64,000 nucleotides of DNA from Elsinoe ampelina (taxonomy: Eukaryota): NCBI GenBank assembly GCA_010093995.1, contig ML992506.1:182832-246831 (forward strand), written 5' to 3'. The notes beneath the pieces are model-generated. The model worked only from the letters and a program-made list of their open reading frames with translations, did no database searches and was not told the origin of the DNA. A program made the translations under genes and the position numbers. Each line of letters opens with the position of its first letter. Position 1 is the first letter of the stretch. Positions 60,594 to 64,000 of the stretch are shown in pieces.

Positions 60594-62759
60594 TCATCTA
60601 TGACCAAACAGCTCAAACTCCTCCCTCCCCTCTCCCGCCTCCTCCTCGCCTTCCTCCTCTCCTTCACTACCAGATTCGCTTTCACTCTCCCCTTCCTCGC
60701 TCCCTTCCTCAGTACCCTCTTCGCTCCCTTCTTCCTCCTCACCACCCCAGAAACCCATGTCCCTTTCTCCATCGCCCTCCCCATCCCCACTACTAGCCCG
60801 CCGCTTCCTACCTCGTTTCTCTTCCTCCCGCTGTCCTTCATTCCGCCAGTATGTCTCCCATCTCTCCATCCCTTCTGCCACGTCACGACGACTCCATCTC
60901 CCTCCTTCGGTGAGGCCGGCCATGACTTCTCCCATCCTCTCACCGGCTTTGCCCACTCGTTCTCGGGCATCGCGGTCGAGTGATTCCAGGTAGTGTCGCA
61001 TGGGGCTCAGACTGCGTCCGACTTTCTGCAGAAAGTCAAAGGGAGAAACGCCGAATCGTTCGAGAAAGTCGGGAGGAGAAATGTTGAGTCGTGCTAGGAA
61101 TTCGCTAGGGGAGATGCCGACCCGTGCAAGAAATTCGGAAGGCGCAACGCCAAAGCGGTCGAGGCGAGCCATGGCTAGGGTGAGGTAGTCGCTCTCGGTC
61201 TCTCGCGGAGGAGCATCCGGGTCCGAGGAGGTTGTGGATGAGCGGAGCCCAGTGAGGCGGGTAGGAGATAGTGAAGATGCCCATGAGCGAGGACTGGGTG
61301 CGCTAGGTGCCGAAGAAGGAGAGGAAGAGAGGAAGTAGCTGCGGGAGGGTGTCGAGGGATTGAGGTGGTTCGAACGAGTTGGAGACTGTGCGGCGAGCAG
61401 GTCAGATCGGGGCTGCTCTGCTGCCGTGGCAAGATCAGGGTCATCAAAAGAACGTAGGACGGTTGCTCCAGTAAAGTCATGCTGTCGCTGTAGGGCAGTC
61501 TCAGGTAATCCTGGAATAAATCGTGTATCTGAAGAACCGGTAGGGGTAAGCTGATTAGTGTTGTAGCCGTCGCACACAGGACATTTGAGACCGAGCCAAT
61601 GGAAAGGGGTCCATCCTCTACCACCACAATCATTGCAGCCTACCCAGACCCGGCGAGGCAGACGACGACGCTGCGATGGAGATCGAGTAGTCAAGCATAA
61701 ATTACGCAGCCCTGCTGACAGTCGAGAATCGGTCGCCTCCATGGAATCAGCAGTCGAAGGCCTCGTGTCCACGAACTCATCCTCAAAGTCCTCTTCTGGC
61801 ATGGGTTGCATCCTGATCTCGTCATCCAGTTTTCGCCACTGTAGCTCCATATTGACCGCGCTCTTGTTGCATACTGGACAGCGATACGTGACATTCATAA
61901 GATCCTTGTAGCATGCGGAATGCATGTAGTGTCCGCAAAGAAGGCTGACAACAGGCGTGGACGACGAGAAAAGGTACTCCAGACATAGTGGACAGTCGCA
62001 GTCTGTCGCTCGCTCGATGCACGGATGCGTACTCGAAGTCGATATTGATATGCAAACATTACACCTCTTGCAGTGGACAAAGTCTTTTCCCAGCCCCTCT
62101 CCCTTTCTGCAGATACCGCAGTCATCGCAGTGATAGATTCGCTTTGTGCTGTCATTGTCCCAAAGCTTACACTTGGGGCAATAGTAGTATGCTGCTTCTG
62201 TACCACAAGATATACAAATGTCCGAAGCTGCCTGCGCCGTCTTACACACCATGCAAAGCATATGCTGTGTCTTCCTCCTGTTCAGCTGGTGGTGCCATGG
62301 TAAGTCCAGACTGGCATCGTGACAGAATCGACAAGGAAACCACATCTTGCAATCGAAGCACTGGACCTTGACATTGCGCTTGTAGTGTTTGCACCCCAGT
62401 ATTGGCTCAGTCTCTTGGTCCAGCAGCTCGTCGAGCTCATCCTGAACATTCGTGTCTGGGTGGTAGGATGGGTCCTTGTCCTGATCCGTGAGATGAAATT
62501 CCACAGTGGTGGGAGCGTTCTCTTGCGTAGCTTTCGGCACTGAAGATCTTGTAGGGAGTGGCTTGTTTCTTGACTGATATGTTTCCACCATCAAATCATG
62601 CATCCTCTTGGCCGTCTCTTCAGTCGATAGGGCGAGCTCCCTTATCTCATGCATCTTCTCCCGCAGATCCCGCATGCCGTCATTCTCGGGCAGACCCCGC
62701 TCCGGAACTGTAGCATGGCCTTCAAGGGTTGTCGCTTGATCTGCTCGTTCGTGTGGCAT
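60594..62759 (-). CDS. CHY zinc finger/RING E3 ligase (Pirh2/RCHY1-like)
   Basis: LGCKHYKRNVKVQCFDC..CRFCHD, YYCPKCKLWD, HCDDCGICR, RING CPLCLEYLF..CGHYMHSAC..YRCPVC, zinc ribbon CNDC..FHWLGLKCPVCDGYNT; start may lie further upstream. Confidence 0.9.
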   Translation of the reverse strand: MPHERADQATTLEGHATVPERGLPENDGMRDLREKMHEIRELALSTEETAKRMHDLMVETYQSRNKPLPTRSSVPKATQENAPTTVEFHLTDQDKDPSYHPDTNVQDELDELLDQETEPILGCKHYKRNVKVQCFDCKMWFPCRFCHDASLDLPWHHQLNRRKTQHMLCMVCKTAQAASDICISCGTEAAYYYCPKCKLWDNDSTKRIYHCDDCGICRKGEGLGKDFVHCKRCNVCISISTSSTHPCIERATDCDCPLCLEYLFSSSTPVVSLLCGHYMHSACYKDLMNVTYRCPVCNKSAVNMELQWRKLDDEIRMQPMPEEDFEDEFVDTRPSTADSMEATDSRLSAGLRNLCLTTRSPSQRRRLPRRVWVGCNDCGGRGWTPFHWLGLKCPVCDGYNTNQLTPTGSSDTRFIPGLPETALQRQHDFTGATVLRSFDDPDLATAAEQPRSDLLAAQSPTRSNHLNPSTPSRSYFLSSSPSSAPSAPSPRSWASSLSPTRLTGLRSSTTSSDPDAPPRETESDYLTLAMARLDRFGVAPSEFLARVGISPSEFLARLNISPPDFLERFGVSPFDFLQKVGRSLSPMRHYLESLDRDARERVGKAGERMGEVMAGLTEGGRWSRRDVAEGMERWETYWRNEGQREEEKRGRKRRASSGDGEGDGERDMGFWGGEEEEGSEEGTEEGSEEGESESESGSEGEEEGEEEAGEGREEFELFGHR

Positions 62760-63157
62760 GGCGCAAGCTGCTCAGCTGGTGGGTTGCAGGTGACGGATTC
62801 GTCTCGTAGCACTGAGGTCTGGTCGGGTGGTGTTAGGATGTCGCTACATATCCCTTGGACCCAGGGCTAGCTCGAAAAGTGAGAAGCAAAGGAAAATACA
62901 ATAGAGATGCAAGATGACATGGCGAAAAGCGGAGAAAGGGTGGAGACGAATGCAGGTGCAGGCTGATCAAGGTTGCAGGATTCTGGACCCACACATGTGC
63001 AGAGATGTTGCAGATCAAGCATGTGATCCTTGGCAGTGACCAGGCATAAAATTGATCTACATACGAGCAATTGTAGATCATATTTCCAACGCAATCTATC
63101 ATGATATCAAAACTCCGCGCTGTGAATCAAATATGTTCAGATCGACCTCCGAGGTTA

Positions 63158-64000
63158 TCAAAGAATGCTCGTCTGTACACCGAATGCCCCCTTCAACGCC
63201 AACCATCCCTCATACGCTCGCAATTTGATCCGCACCCTTTGGAAAGCAGACCAAGCTGTTATCAAGTGCCATAGATTCCTCGGATTTGCGAGACTACCTT
63301 TGAGATTGTCCAGTTGCTCCTCGTATACCGTCCTTGCAGCATATCTGGCCAGAATGAGGAATGTTCGGATCGGTCCTTGCTGGGTCTTCAAGTTCTCGTC
63401 AAGACTTCTGGTCAGGTCGTTCGTCTTCAGAATGAGGAGCATTACCCTAGGCACCTGACCGAGAAGCGATATTAGATCCTCCAGTAATCCATCCCCCAGG
63501 GCGTCAGATATCGTCTGCTTCTCTTCGGAGCTTCGTGGCTTTGCAATGCTAGATGTGACCACACTGTAGTCGCGACCAGTGATTGCACTTGCGAATAGCG
63601 GGAATTGCTCGTCTGTAATACCTGCAACAGCATGGGCATACTTTCGCATCCTCTTCTCATCTGCGTCAATTACTGCCAGCCAAAGCTTCGCATAGTTACG
63701 ACGAAGATCCAAAGGTGGGTTCCGGTACAGACCGTGGTCGTATAGGACGATGTCAAAGTTGTGAGGTGCACGCCGAGACTCGTTGAGTCGTACTGCGATG
63801 TTGCCACCGTGTGGATCACAATGTAGGGGTGCGCCACGACCGAAGATCATCTCGTTGAAAACTCTGGCCAGCGCCGCAGAAACCTCATCTCGTGAGATGT
63901 TATTCGAATCCAGATACTCAAGATCATCCGGTCTATGTCCGGTGATGTACTCCATGACCAGTATACGTCGCTGTGCCCACATTACTTCCGGAATGATGAC
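63158..64000 (-). CDS. ABC1/ADCK1-type atypical kinase (Mcp2-like), 3' part; 5' end outside window
   Basis: RRILVMEYI, FNEMIF..LHCDPHGGNI, IVLYDHGLY, YAKLWLAV, PLFASAITGR, LLILKTNDLTRSLDE. Confidence 0.9.
   Translation of the reverse strand, partial: VIIPEVMWAQRRILVMEYITGHRPDDLEYLDSNNISRDEVSAALARVFNEMIFGRGAPLHCDPHGGNIAVRLNESRRAPHNFDIVLYDHGLYRNPPLDLRRNYAKLWLAVIDADEKRMRKYAHAVAGITDEQFPLFASAITGRDYSVVTSSIAKPRSSEEKQTISDALGDGLLEDLISLLGQVPRVMLLILKTNDLTRSLDENLKTQQGPIRTFLILARYAARTVYEEQLDNLKGSLANPRNLWHLITAWSAFQRVRIKLRAYEGWLALKGAFGVQTSIL

Overview
Filamentous ascomycete (Pezizomycotina-type) genomic DNA with short GT-AG introns. Bases 1-9460 are an AT-rich, RIP-degraded (CpA/TpG->TpA) stack of three nested LTR retrotransposons (gypsy inside chromodomain gypsy inside copia), with two N gaps. 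The remaining ~54 kb is gene-dense. It holds a dienelactone hydrolase, peroxisomal Pcs60-like CoA ligase, SPF45, an R3H/SUZ protein, a PPR protein, Cwf18, an SPX protein, a zinc-knuckle protein, a RIPped Tc1-like transposon, a GH43/GH28/S53 hydrolase group, Mpp10, a PAQR protein, RgsA, RUS1/DUF647, a MITE, a CHY-RING ligase, an ABC1 kinase and several gene relics. The standout is a ~1,040-aa secreted gene (56886-60297), broken up in the ORF track, that joins an HExxH metalloprotease-like domain, a Spherulin-4/GH135 glycosidase, FN3 and a C-terminal KP4 killer-toxin-like domain. Also notable are a Tc1-like element with DD42E spacing and an apparent GGC target duplication, and about a dozen strand-symmetric C-rich->G-rich switches inside genes. 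All family calls come from motif recognition by eye; no searches were run.
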